Positions 1-13,400 of a stretch of DNA of 64,000 bases are shown in pieces. Numbering within the stretch: position 1 is the first letter of the stretch; each line of letters begins with the position of its first letter. Both the position numbers and the translations under genes were made by a program. Source of the DNA: Podarcis gaigeae (Eukaryota); the NCBI GenBank assembly GCA_964106915.2, contig OZ066916.1; one strand, written 5' to 3'. Under the pieces are notes generated by a model. The model did not search any database and was not told where the DNA came from. It saw nothing but the letters and a program-made list of their open reading frames with translations.

Positions 1-198
1 AGCGCACGCCCGTTTACCTTCCCACCAGAGCAGTACCTGTTTATCTACTTGCACTTTGACGTGCTTTTGAACTGCTAGGTTGGCAGGAGCAGGGACTGAG
101 CAATGGGAGCTCACTCCGTCGCTGGGATTCGAACTGCCGACCTTCTGATCGGCAAGCCCTAGGCCCTGTGGTTTAACCCACAGCGCCACCTGCGTCCC
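1..198 (-). mobile_element. Sauria SINE, 5' part (cut by the window edge)
   Basis: Reverse complement starts GGGACGCAGGTGGCGCTGTGGGTTAAACC with a tRNA-type B-box (GTTCGAATCCC); similar to the copies at 6230 and 49804. Confidence 0.88.
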
Positions 199-284
199 AA
201 TTAAGAATTAGAGATAGGTAAAAGAGGCTAAAACACACATCTACCTTTCTGGATAGGCTTGCCTAAACAAAAATGTTTTAAGGC

Positions 285-410
285 AGGCTTCCTTAAACTC
301 CAGGTGTTTTGAGACTACAATTCCCATCATCCCTGGCTACTGGTCCTGCTAGCTAAGGATCATGGGAGTTGTAGGCCAAAAACATCTGGGAGGGCAGAGT
401 TTGAGGAACT
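285..410. mobile_element. Palindromic MITE-like element; related copies at ~18960-19105, ~30975-31085, ~53106-53240
   Basis: gactacaattcccatcat...atgggagttgtag internal inverted arms recurring through the window. Confidence 0.65.
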
Positions 411-1351
411 CCGTTTTAAGGGATGGCAGAAAGAGTACAGTAAAGGTACCTGCCTGATGCAGACAGACAGGGAGTTCGAAAGTGTAGATGCTGCCACATG
501 GAAACAATGGTTTCTTACAAAAGGATCAAACCTCCTAACAAGAAGCACAGTGGAAGGCAAAACAACAACAACAACGACAAAAACTAGCAGTGGATGTGCA
601 AAGCAAACAAAGCATTAAGAAAGAGTGTTTTGTTTTTTTAAAATTTGATTGACAACCAAGATATTGAGAGTGCTAGGCAGACCAAAGTAACAGTAATTCT
701 TGAACTTCAGCATACAAGTAGTTTTGCGGAGCATATAATCCCTGTGCACAGCGTGTCCCTTTCCCTATCTCCATTCAGAAGAGGCCCAGGTTTTAAAGAT
801 TACTTTTCATCTGCACATCACCAGATTTATGTAAAGGCGCTTGACAGCTGTGGACCCTTAACAGAAAAACTCTCTTTTTTCCTTCTGCAACGTTCATTTG
901 TGTTGTTGATATTACTTTGCTTATTTTTTTGAGATAGGCTGGCTTGTTTTTTTGTTTTTGTTTTTTTAAAAAAAACATGTTACAAATGGTGATCCACACA
1001 ATCTCTGAGCCTGTCTTGAGTGTAGTTAAACTCTAGCAGATCCTATTGTCCTATAACATTGCACACAGAAAAAAATAGCATAGTGCCCTTTATCTTGTTC
1101 CTATGATTCTTTACTGTTGTGCTTTTCCTTTCCACATGTAGTTTCAGAAGATGGAACCCTGCAGAGAAACCTCCCAGCTTCTATTTATTTTACAAGCTGG
1201 AAAACTGCCAGCGTTTGAATTTGATGGTGGCAAACATTCCAACCTAGTGACCAATAAATCTCCCTCCTCCTGCTAATTACACAGTGCTTGGTTCACTGGC
1301 TTTCCTGCCATCTGATTGGACAGCCTCTACATTCCATTACCAGTGACTCAC

Positions 1352-1471
1352 CTTATGCTGGGCAAGCTGCATCTTAATTTTGTCTGGATCATTTGCAATT
1401 TCAAGCTCTGCATCCAGAGTCTTTTCTGAATCATCCAGCCATTCAGTAAGTTTGTTCCAGGCTTCATGGAA
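1352..1471 (-). CDS. DST: DST exon, 120 nt (FHEAWNKL...AQHK)
   Basis: tccacag| ... AAG|gtgagt, phase 0/0. Confidence 0.95.
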
Positions 1472-4400
1472 CTGTGGAAAAGCAAGATTTTCAATTACAT
1501 ACATTGATAGGCATAGATTATGCATTCAAAACATTCAATGCACATTTAGCTTTGAAAAAATATTAAGGGTTGCATTCAGTTAGGTTTCACTCAGAGTGTA
1601 TGCACTGAAATTAATGGGTCTAAGTCAGTCATGTCTACTAATTTAAATGGGGAGGATGCAGGGTAGGCGAGGACGGGAAACCAAGTTGCATTGGCAGAAC
1701 TCAGGGTGCTGGCTTCCACTGGTGCAACAACTTAGTTGAATCAGGCCCACAATATTAAAAGCCAGGCAATCCAGACTGGACTCACACAAATAAATGTTGG
1801 ACCAAAGGACTATTTCCCTTTTAGAGTGATGCAAATTATTTGAAATTTCTCTGGGATTGCTCAGTCAGCAGAGTATAAGGTTCAAGCCCCATGCTGGGAA
1901 AATCCAAGACTCCCAACCTCTATTGACATATCTACTTGACCAGGAGTGGCCCTTTCTGGCCCGAGGGCCACTCTGAGGGTTGCTGAACCCTTCAAGGGCC
2001 ACATACGCTCAGCGCAAATGCAAATAACATGCTGCCACCCATGCACCCACCACATGTAGAAACATACACTATACATACACACAACATACCTAGAGGTCAA
2101 TAGAACATGCATACTGTTTTTCTGCCAACATCAGTGCTGGACTAGGAAGAGGGGATCCTTTCCTCCTAGCCCAGGGCTGGAATGAGAACAAGAGGCCCCC
2201 AGTTACCCTGCCAATGTGCCTCTTCTCCCTTTGGCAAGGAAACATTGAAAGCAGGACCTGGAGCTCAGGAAACAGAAGGAAGTGCTTCTGTGTCTCTTGA
2301 GTTCAGTGTCCTACCTCTGGCATCACAGCAGAAGGGGAAGAGGCACCTTTGCTATTAAGTGGAGGAAGAGGTCCCAAATTTTCTGGGGGCAAGTAAGTTG
2401 CCTGACATAGCTTCATGGGTCCCATGTGATCCATGGGTTTGCCACTCTTTCCTTAGACATACTATCTTGTTGGGATGATTCACACATATGATAAAGTGTT
2501 GTTTTGAGGGTATTGCAATCATGTAGAGACAGTACTTCTTTATTTTTTATATGGGATGTTGTTTTGTTTAAAAATAGCCCACATGACAACTGAAGCCACA
2601 TGAAAAACTAACACACATAATCAAAAGTTTGAGTTGCCTGCCTCATGTAGCCATCTCTCTGTCCCACCAAAATATGGGCTCTGATTTTCATCCACCTCCT
2701 CTGCACATACATAAAACCCTGAAATGACATGATCCCTACACAGTCATATCCCTTTGATAATGAGCCTCAGCCTAAGTTGACACTACAAAAATGTTGAGAA
2801 GGCTAGAAGCACCCATGTAGAGAGGTTGCAATTTGTTTCAGAAAATGGTGGATTAATGGAGATGATTGTGAAAAATAAAATAAGGATGAACTTCCCATGC
2901 AAAACAGGAACACTACATCCATATACCACTCTGTTGCTTGGTTGGAAAGTAAAGATTCTACTTTCACTTTTGGTGTCTGGCCTGAAGAAACAGCCATTCT
3001 GGTTCCCACTACTTGCCAAACCTGTTGATCTAATATTCCAGTTTCCTTCAGATGACTTAAAGTCATCACACTGTTCATTTAAACATGGGTTTAGTTACAG
3101 CAAGGTTACGCTCAAATTGTTATGGAAGACTTGCCACATTACCTGCTTGGCACGCTTCCTTGCATCGTCCAAAGCTCTTCCTCTTTCCACTAAGCGCTGA
3201 ACTACTTTTTCCCATCTACTCTGGACACTGATCAGCAGATTTTTAATGAGGACAACGTCCTGTTTCTGGCTGAAGTATTTCAAATGTGTTCCAGTTTTGT
3301 CCAGCTCAATAATCTGGTCACGATGGGCATTCACTTCATTGGCAAATACCTTGTGAAAGAATGAAAAAAGATAGTATTTGAAAAGCTTCAGAGTCTTCTA
3401 GCATGCAGATATATACCTAAGAACTGATGGTGTTATGCACTGCTTTATTGGTCAGAGACACTATAAAATGTCACTTTAAAAAACTGTAAAACGTCTATGG
3501 ATTTTAATGGTGCTGGCTTGTTTTAAACATTAATACAAGCCAGCCAGCCTGTGGGTCCACAGAACAGGAAGAAGAAAGTTGCACATCTGTTTTTGTTTCT
3601 GTACATACCTTGTGTTCATCAATTTGAAATAAGACAGTATCCAAGATAAGACTTGGCCGAGAAGCTACTGTCAAGGTTTGCTCAGCTTGAGTAAGCCAGT
3701 TGATGAAGTCCTGCAGTGAGTTGTGGAACTCCATTGCCAAATTGAGAGCTTCTTCCAGTTTGATCTGTAAGAACACACCATAAATTAGCAGCAGTGGACA
3801 GTTTATACTAGAAACCATATAAACTTTATAGAGAAATAAACCAAATCATGTCTGAATGTAATTTGGAAAAAGGCCACTGTTGTCCTCTTGCCTCCCCCCC
3901 AGTTTAATACTGGTATGCTCTGAATATTTAAACGGCATACAAGGAAAGATATTTCTAAAAATATTTCAGCAGAAACTGACAAAACAAAGAACCTACAAGG
4001 ACTGAGCAGGCAGAAGAGCATCCAATGCCACATACAGATTCCTGCCACAGTGCTAAATGATGAGCCTTACAAGTATTCAGACAGTAATCCAGGAACATCA
4101 TTTCAGCTTTGATTCTGCTTGCATGAAAAGGGGATAATATGCAGTTGCATTGCATGAAGGATTAGGAAGATAAAGTTGGGAATTTGCACTGTGGAGACTA
4201 TCCTTTTTTGCCGAATGCAGGTCTAGTTCAGACAACTTTGGGGCTGGCAAGTCTTTGTGCAGAACAGAAGCTACCCCCCCTCTCTTCCACCATATAGACT
4301 ACTGCTGTTTCAGATGTTATGAGAGTAAGTCTTAAGCTCCTGTCCTCCCCACTATGGCACAGTCAGAAGGAGAAATTCAATAGCTTTCATTTTTATTTAT

Positions 4401-7400
4401 TAACTATAGCCTTTCATAGCATCCAAACCCATGTGTTTAATCTTAACTATGGCTTGCTGAAATGAAGGGGGGAAAAGCCATAGTTTAAGAAGCTGTCTTG
4501 TTTATGCAGTTTATGGTTCAGATGCAGTGCTAAACAGTAGTTTATCCAAAACAGAAGTGGAAGCTTTCGATCTTCCCCTCGGGGCTGCACTGGAGGAGAG
4601 GGGAGTGAACAAGGACTCAGCTAGATTGTATATGTGATATAACAGTGTCTACCAGATGGTGCTGTGGAGTCCCGTTTTTCTCTACCTGTTTCCCCTGTTT
4701 AAATTTACAACGCATTTAACTGAAACACTTCTTTGATGTGTCTAGAGGCTAGTCTGAGGCTAGCTGTGACTTATCCCCCAATGCTAAACAATGGTTTAGT
4801 GATATAATGTGAACTGAGCCCCTTTCTCACACAGCTGAAGAATATAATGTGTTGGGTGTCAACATGGTTTGTCCACAATATCATATGTAACCGTACTGAC
4901 TACCCAAAGGTTTTGCTGGCCCAGGCCATCTAATACAATTGAAGCAATCCTTTAAATTTACATTATATGAGACTGCAAATACTCCTTTTTCCAAGAATGG
5001 CTTCATTTGTTTGTTTAATCATTTCTGTTTCTTATGAACACATTTGTATTTCAGCTGTTTCAAGATGTAATTTATAGTCTGGCTCAGAGTAAACTGTTTA
5101 TCTATGTTTGGAGTATTTTTTATTTTTTATTTTTTTACAAAAGAATGTCCACCCCCATGGAAAACCATAGCTATGAGTAAGATGCTTATCCAGGAATATG
5201 AGGTCGCCTCCCAGAGGGCATGAGAGAGGCCTCATCACTTAAAACTTTTAAGAACTGCTATGTTCAAATGCCAGCAATAAAATTAAAGCATCAGTTCCAA
5301 GCTGACAGGATGATGGACTGGGTGGGTAGAAAGGATTTATTCATTCCTTAGGTCTGTGACCTATAGACTACAATAGGGGGTGTTTTCATTTACAAACATT
5401 GGTCTGCTGCCATGTAATTTATTGATCAGCTTTTCCAGATGAATCATGATGTGTGACATCATTTACAGGTTTAATTGCATGGATCCCTAGCGCCTGCTAA
5501 AAGGAAAATTCTGTATTTGCAATATTCTAATATTAAGACACATTTCAGAGAATTTCCCCATGTTCGATATGCAACATACTTTTCTTTCACTCAGCTTTGT
5601 TTCCACCGATTCCCATTTCTCTTTAAGATTATTTATGTCCTGCTCAACATTTGTTTCAATAGTCTCTAGGCATCTTGCAAGCATCTGTAGGCCCTTCTGC
5701 ATCAGACACTTGTATGTTTCTTCTTTAGCTTCAAAGGCAGCACAGAGTTCCTAAACAAAGAGGGAAAGTATTGCAAATCGTTAATGCATAAACATTTATT
5801 CGAAAATGTTACCCCCTTAAAAGTTTCACATATTACTTTAAACATGCTAGCTATATTTTGGGGAGTTAATGTGAGTTGAACAAAGGAGGTGCCACTGTGC
5901 ATTTCCAGACCTGGACAGTCTGCAGCCCACAACGTATTTCCAGGGGCATGGATATGCCACTTCTCCCTCCCCTCTCCAGGTTCAAAAGAGAGGCTAAAAC
6001 AAGGGCTGTTCAGAACACAAGAAATAGCCCAGTAAAATCTGATTTACTACTTGTGTGTGTGACAGTCATAAGCTTTGGCCTGTGCCCTTAAATTTCTGCG
6101 TGAAATGAACCATCTTACCAGGCCATGGTGATCAAAGCTGATCGAAAACAAAGGCATAACCACAGAAGATTGTGAAGCTGCTTACAGAAAAACCCATCAG
6201 CTACGCTTTGCACCTCCGTCAAATATGTAAGGTAAAGGTAAAGGTACCCCTGCCCGTACGGGCCAGTCTTGACAGACTCTGGGGTTGTGCGCCCATCTCA
6301 CTTAAGAGGCCAGGGGCCAGCGCTGTCCGGAGACACTTCCGGGTCACATGGCCAGCGTGACAAAGCTGCATCTGGCGAGCCAGAGCCGCACACGGAAACG
6401 CCGTTTACCTTCCCGCTGGTAAGTGGTCCCTATTTATCTACTTGCACCCGGAGGTGCTTTTGAACTGCTAGGTTGGCAGGCGCTGGGACCGAGCAGCGGG
6501 AGCGCACCCCGTCGCAGGGATTCGAACCGCCGACCTTTCGATCAGCAAGTCCTAGGTGCTGAGGCTTTAACCCACAGCGCCACCTGCGTCCCCCTGTCAA
6601 ATATGTACTTATCGTCTAAGTTAGCTTTTCTGAGAAATATACACCAAGGCTGGGGTGCAAAGAAAGGCAGTTTTGTGTGCCTTGTTTGCCTGGGGCTGGC
6701 TGTTCTATTTAAAAGCTGTTTCATTAAAAAAAGGAAGTAGAAAAGCTCTCTCCCACACGTGAGTGCCATTTCTTTACATTCCAAATCTTGGTTGCAATGC
6801 TGCACATGCTTGCAGCACCACTGAATGATAACCTAAATCTGAACCTAGTTGCAGTTAAGAACTTAATCTTATATTCTAAGTAGAAGAGGGCAGGCAACTG
6901 TTAATGAGGTTTTGGCTCTGAACTACTTCATTCAGACACTGAAAAGAAGAATACCATTGTGCTGTCTGGTAACTTTGCCTCTGTGTACTGGTAACATGAG
7001 TTGTATTGATGAGGCAGGAAATTATAAATGGAGAATGTTCTGCAATCATTGGCTAGCTTTTAAAAAAATGTTCTAACAAAAGCTAAGGAACAATAGAATA
7101 AGCTCTCAAATTTGAGACTGCAAGTAAATTCAAAAACAATCTGGTTTAAAGAAGAGGATATACAGAAAAGGAAAAAAGAAAAACTCAACTGTCTGAGCAG
7201 TACTCAGCATTATTTTACAGGGAAGAAAAAGACTTTAAGGGTATTCTTGATGACTCTAGTACTCAGCTAAACTTTATAGCTGAGTAACAGAGTCATCAAC
7301 GATACCCTTAAAGATCTTTTTCTTCCCCGTAAAATAATGCTGAGAACTGCTCAGACATACACATGTACTGCTCAATCAGTTTTGCTACTTAGTAAATTAC

Positions 7401-10400
7401 CAAAAAAATAAGAGAGTGTTCTCATTAAACCTTACAGGCATTTCACTTTGCAAATGTTTCACTACAAACGGCCACAAAAGTTTAGCTTCCAAATTGGGAC
7501 CATCTGCAATATTGAGATCCTTACCATATGGATATTAAGCTGTTCTCTTGCAGTCTCTGGTAAACCACCAACTGGTTTTGATGCCAAAAGCTGACGCTCC
7601 GTTTCTGTCAGCCATTGTTGCAGATCTTCAACTTCACCATGGAAACCTTGGGCCTAAGCGATACATCACCACAGCATTTCAGAACATATTTCAATAACCT
7701 AACATGCTACATCAGCTAAGGGGTTGTAAATGTTGAACCTATGAAATCAGACTTAAGAAAAAAAAACTCTAAAAAGAAATGCTACTAAACCAGAGATATC
7801 CTCTGGAGTAAAAACTGCAAATTGTTGTCTGTATAATGAAACAGGGTAAAATGTGAAAGAAAGAAGAAGGAAGGAAGGAAGGAAGGAAGGAAGGAAGGAA
7901 GGAAGGAAGGAAGGAAGGAAAGGCCCACAAACATTACATCAATTGTATGAAACTTTTATTGGAGATATATAGATGTGGGTGTTTGCTAATTATATTTTAT
8001 ATTTCAAATAATTCCAATTGGAAATGCATTTTTTAAAATCCATACAGTAAATATGACTGCAAATATTAATTACAGTACAGTTAGGCACAGACAGAGAAAA
8101 ACTGCTGTGCAAATGGGTACTTAAGCACACAAACTCAGGTTCAGTGATAGTTATGATCTATAGCTTGATACTTCAAATTATTGCTAGTTCTCCAAGGGCA
8201 CAATCCAGCCAAAGTTATCCATTTCTGAGTCCTACAATTTCAGTGACAGAGAGCTAACTAACTGGGTTCCCAATTTTCCTGTGGAAATCAGTAGGACTGT
8301 AAAAGAACCTAACATTGGCTGAAATGTGCTCAAATATATTAATTTGATGCAAGTTTATTTCCCTTTTGTTCAGTTTCTCATACACACCTGGATCAAAGCA
8401 CTGTCCAGCTGCAGCTTCCTCTTTTCTGTTTTTTCCAAGACATTTTGCCATCGCTGATTCAGAAGTTCCAGCTTGCTTTGCAGATTGCTCGCTTCTTCAA
8501 CAGCACTTGACTGAATAAGGTCATTTCCTGCTTTCTTAACTGTTTCCACAGTGGACTGGTGAGCCAAGACATCATTTTGCAGCACCTGCAGTTACAAACA
8601 TGTCACGCCTCGCCGTATTTTAAAAACGCTAATTTCACTCAGTTGTACTAAAGTGGCAACATAATAATATCAGTAAAAAACTTTGCGGACAGTATTTAAG
8701 AATAGCACATACAGGATTCAGAGTCTGCCTAAGGGAATGGGACTATCATTAATAGTTTACAATTATCCCTGACCTAACAGCATTATCTTTACTACCAAAA
8801 AATCATTACATATTTTAGTGTGCTCTATTTATAAAAGAAGCTATGACCATTTTTCTTTACTATCATGTTTTTCTTTACTATGATAACTGTTTATTCTCTC
8901 CTAATAGGAAAGTATTTCTTACAACATTACTGTAATGGTTGATACAAAGGGAATCCAGACATGATAGCATCCCATTAACTTAACTAGGAGGCATGGGCAT
9001 TCACAAGAATTATTTTTTTTGGGGGGTGGGCATCTAGTCCAGCATCCTGTTTTCACAGTGGCCAACCAAATGCTTCTGGGAAATGCAAAAGCAGGACTTG
9101 AGCACAAGAACACTCCCAATCTCCTGTGCTTTCCAGCAACTGGTATTCCGAAGCACTGATGACTCCAATTGTGCAGGCATATTGTTCATGGTTAGTAGCA
9201 ATCGATAGGCCTCTTCTCCATGCATTTTTTTCTAATCCTATTTTAAAGCCATCTTGGTTGGCAGCCAACAATGAAGGTGGGGGAGCAGCCTAATTTCTCT
9301 CCATGTAGTAGAATACTGTCCACATATTTCGTCTCCTATTATGCTCCTCCTATTATCCTATTCATTATAGAAACCTGCTATTTTTAAAAAATGAAAGCTC
9401 TGAGTTTGAGGATTATGGTTCAGTCAAGAGAGAGGTGCAATTGCCTGTCCCCATGGGTAGCTCCTCCTATTTAGGACTTCTAAGGATGGCTAAGTGGCCA
9501 AAGCATGGGGAGTGCATCAAGGCTCAAAGTATATGGGTTCAGGGGTGTTATGTAACATTCTGCTAATTTCTTCATAAAATTATGCCAAGCTATCCAAATC
9601 TTCCTATATGCCGAACCCTGTGAGAATGGACATTTGCATCCCAAATCAAGAGAAACATTTTTAGGGAGTTTGAAGAAAAAGGTATTTAAGTCAATGGGCA
9701 AATAAAGAGAATTTGCCATATGAAAATAACAGAAATGGATGTTTGTTGCAGGAATCATTAAGTGGATTGATCCTATGTGTAACATTCAGATTTGGGGTAA
9801 GAGAAATGAAATTATATCACCGTAATGGTCTTCATAGTGCAGGAAAGGGAAACTTACTGTGTATGATGTGATTTAGTGAAGTGAGAACTATGTTTGAATA
9901 CACTCTCACTTCTGTGTTACAAGTCGAACATGGAAAAAGATTTATTATTCATTGTTTTAAATAAATGTCCATCAATTTGAAAAAGTCAAACTTCTATTAC
10001 AGAAACAGGTGCCACTTTTTCTCCCCTCCACTCTTTTAGGACAATGGCAACTGCTTGCCAAGTTCCTGAATTTTTTGATGATCAAAGAGGAAGTACTCTC
10101 TAGCATGGAAGACTTAAATGAGCAGGAAGTACCTAAGAGTGAGTGTTTGCTGAACCCTTTCTGTACCTGCAATTCATTTATTAAGCCACGACAGGTATGT
10201 GATGCTTTGCCAAGAATACGTTGTTGTTTTTACCAATGAGATGTTCTGAACCATCCATGACTGGGAAACGTAAAAAAGGGAGGAAACAGCAATATCTGTA
10301 TGTTAGCAATTAAGTTTTGTAATACAAATTTATCTTTGGGCTTGCATCCTTTGAAATCATGATTTGGTGATGTACGAAAATGCTCTTTGCAAATGTTGCC

Positions 10401-13400
10401 ATAAAAAGGATCCAGATATATCTAAAACAGTGAATCTCAGAATTCTCAGTTACGTACATGATGTTTGGCCAGCTCAATTTCAATAGCCTTGGGGTCACCA
10501 CCCACAGGTTTCTGTTCATTCAGCAGGTCCTCTGTATGGGTGAGCCATGCGAGCAACTCATCCAGGGCATGTTGGAACTGCCCCAAAGCCAACAAAGCGC
10601 CTTCCAGCTTATGCTGTAAAAAAAGGGGGAATGGATGGAATTATTACTTTATGTTAAGGCCGCAAGCGACTTAAAATGTCCTTAGTTGCATCAAACCTCA
10701 AATGAATGATTGCAATAAGGCAAGAGTGGTCAGCAAGGAGGTGCGTCACAATGCACCTGGCCTCCTGGCAGTGGAGTCGCTGCCAACTATTGAGAGGTGA
10801 GGCAGCCAGCAGTTTGACACTGTGCAGGTTGAACAGCAGAGCCTATCTAGCACTCCCACCAACATGTCCACCCAACACTCAACCTCCCCACCACCTTGTC
10901 CTGCACCCTCTTGGTGAGCAGCAGCGACCCCACTCCCAGGATGCCAAAGGCAAAGCGCCGCCCCCTCCCCTTTGTCACCAACTGCTCCTGGAATAAGAGA
11001 TGCCATCTAAATTTTATGTAATGCGCTTGAATGCAGCAACATTATCTGCAAACAATTCTAGGCAGATGACACAAAGCTGAAGTTCTTTTGCAATTATTTA
11101 TTTTTAGAAATCCATCCCAGGATGAGCTGTGATATAAAAGGCATCATTTTATCATCCAAGGAACTTGGATAGTTAGTCAAAGAGACAGAGTTGATCAACA
11201 CCAACTACTGAGCTTCGTGTTTGGGTCAGAATTTGAAGATGGAGCTCCACCATCGAAACCCAACCATCTCTCCCCATGTACCTCATATGTCTGATGTAAT
11301 ATTGTGGTGTAGCAACTTACAATAAACCACTGACCCTAAACACACTGGAATATGTTCTCCTGCCATCTGCTTGGGGCAGGGACTAGCATATGTTTTGCTA
11401 ATGCACTTTGGTGAACCCATAGAAATAAATAAAAATAACTATGGGGTACAGCTTCTAGCTTCATAGCTACAACAACAACAGCCTGATTTGCAGGAAACAT
11501 CTGCTGCCCGGAAGCTTATTGGAAATTGCTCCGTGTGGCAGCTGTCTCCTTGTGTCAAATTGCTCTTCTGTAGTGGCTCAATTTGTGGATCTTAAGATTT
11601 TGACCATACTACCCTAAAATATAGCTCAATTTAAAGTTTGCATTGCATTTCCATAGCACTGCAGAAAATCCCCTAAGCTCAGGGTTTCCAAACCCCTTTT
11701 CCCCCCATGACCACTAAAAAATGTTGATGGTCTTGGTGGGCCATTCCATGATTTTTCTGTCTGTTGTAGCAACTGTAATGTAACATGCTAGATGCTTTAT
11801 GATTTTAAGTGATATTTTTATTGCTTTTTTATTGCTATAGAGGTGGAAGGGACCCTGAGGGTCATCTAGTCCAACCTCCTGCAAATCAGGAATCTCAGCT
11901 AAAGCATCCATGACAGAGGGCCATCCAACCTCTGCTTAAAAACCTCCAAGGAAGGAGAGTCCACCACCTTCTGAGGGAGTCCGTTTCACTGTCGAACAGC
12001 TCCTGCTGTCAGAAAGTTATTTCCAGTGTATTGTATTTTGCTGTAGCACAATTTGCATTCCAATCAATTCAAATTGTACTACACTAAAAATACGATGCAA
12101 TATGTTAACTGAAAATAATAAATAAAAAAACTGTTAAAAAGTAATAATATGAGTATTTGATGCCGACCTGCTATGGATTACCTGAATAAAAGGCCAGTTT
12201 TGAGAACTCCTTCCCTAGGTCCCGTAATAAACTTTGACACACAAGTGAGTTTCCATGTAGAAACTGTTGCTATTGAAATTTCAGAGCACGAGTGTCAGAG
12301 AACATGCATTTCATGGCAACATAAGGCAGAATATTACCCTTTCAGTTTCCATTTACCTGGCGGCTAACAATTTTATCCTCCAGACTTTCCCACAACAGCT
12401 TAAGTTCAGACAAGGGGTCTTGTACGGTGTGCTTATCACTCTCCTCTGTCACCTTCTTCAACAACAGCTCTGCTTGGTGGTTCAGCCGTTCCATTTCAAT
12501 CTGCTGCTGATAGGCTTCTTTCTTAAATTGCTGTGGAAACCAAGGAAGACAATAGTCAACAATGAATATCACCTAGAGAAGAGTGCTTAGTAGGATGCTC
12601 TGTCCTTATTTCAAAATTGCCAAATAGGTCACACCGGATATTTCTGCCCCTGGATTTCCAATAACCAAGGCATGTGTTTTCTCCAAATTAACACAGAAGG
12701 CACGCTTCACTCCTGCACCGGAAAAGAAAACGCATCCAGCATGCAAAAGCAGGAACTTTTAAAACAAATTTAAAAATCAGTTTGTGTGTGTGCGTGTGTG
12801 CACGTGAATGCAGTAGCATCTGCTGCACCTGAGTGTTTGTTTCCTGTCTTCCCAATGCCATCCATTGCTGCTGCTTACCAAGAGGGACAGTAGCAGAGCC
12901 AAGGCAACAGGTGTGGGTACAGAAGTGGGAGCATCTGTACCCACACCTGCACCACGTTGAGCTCTTGTTGCATTCACCCTGCCCCTCTTGGTAAGCAGCA
13001 TGGCAATGGAAAGAGAGGTGAGAAACATAGCTTGTTGGCTGTGACAATGCACACGCACACACAGAGAGATATTAATGTCTGCATTCATTGAGGGTTAGAA
13101 TATAGCTTTACCTGTACAACAATATTTTGTGGCTTTCTCTTGTTCGTTGTTATATTTCCATGACTGTTGACCCAGTCTGCTCTGACATGGCTGTTGTTTT
13201 CTACAATTTTTGGTGGTGTTATTTCATGTTTTATTGGATTTATACTTTAAATTCTTTTAATTGTTTGACACTCCTGTGGTTATGGAGTAACTAATCAATG
13301 TAATAAATAAATTAGCTGAATCCAGAAGAGCCTACCCCTTGTATTTTTACATGAGTCGCAGTTCTGGGCATGCCTTTTGTTAACATCTTTACATTTCTGA

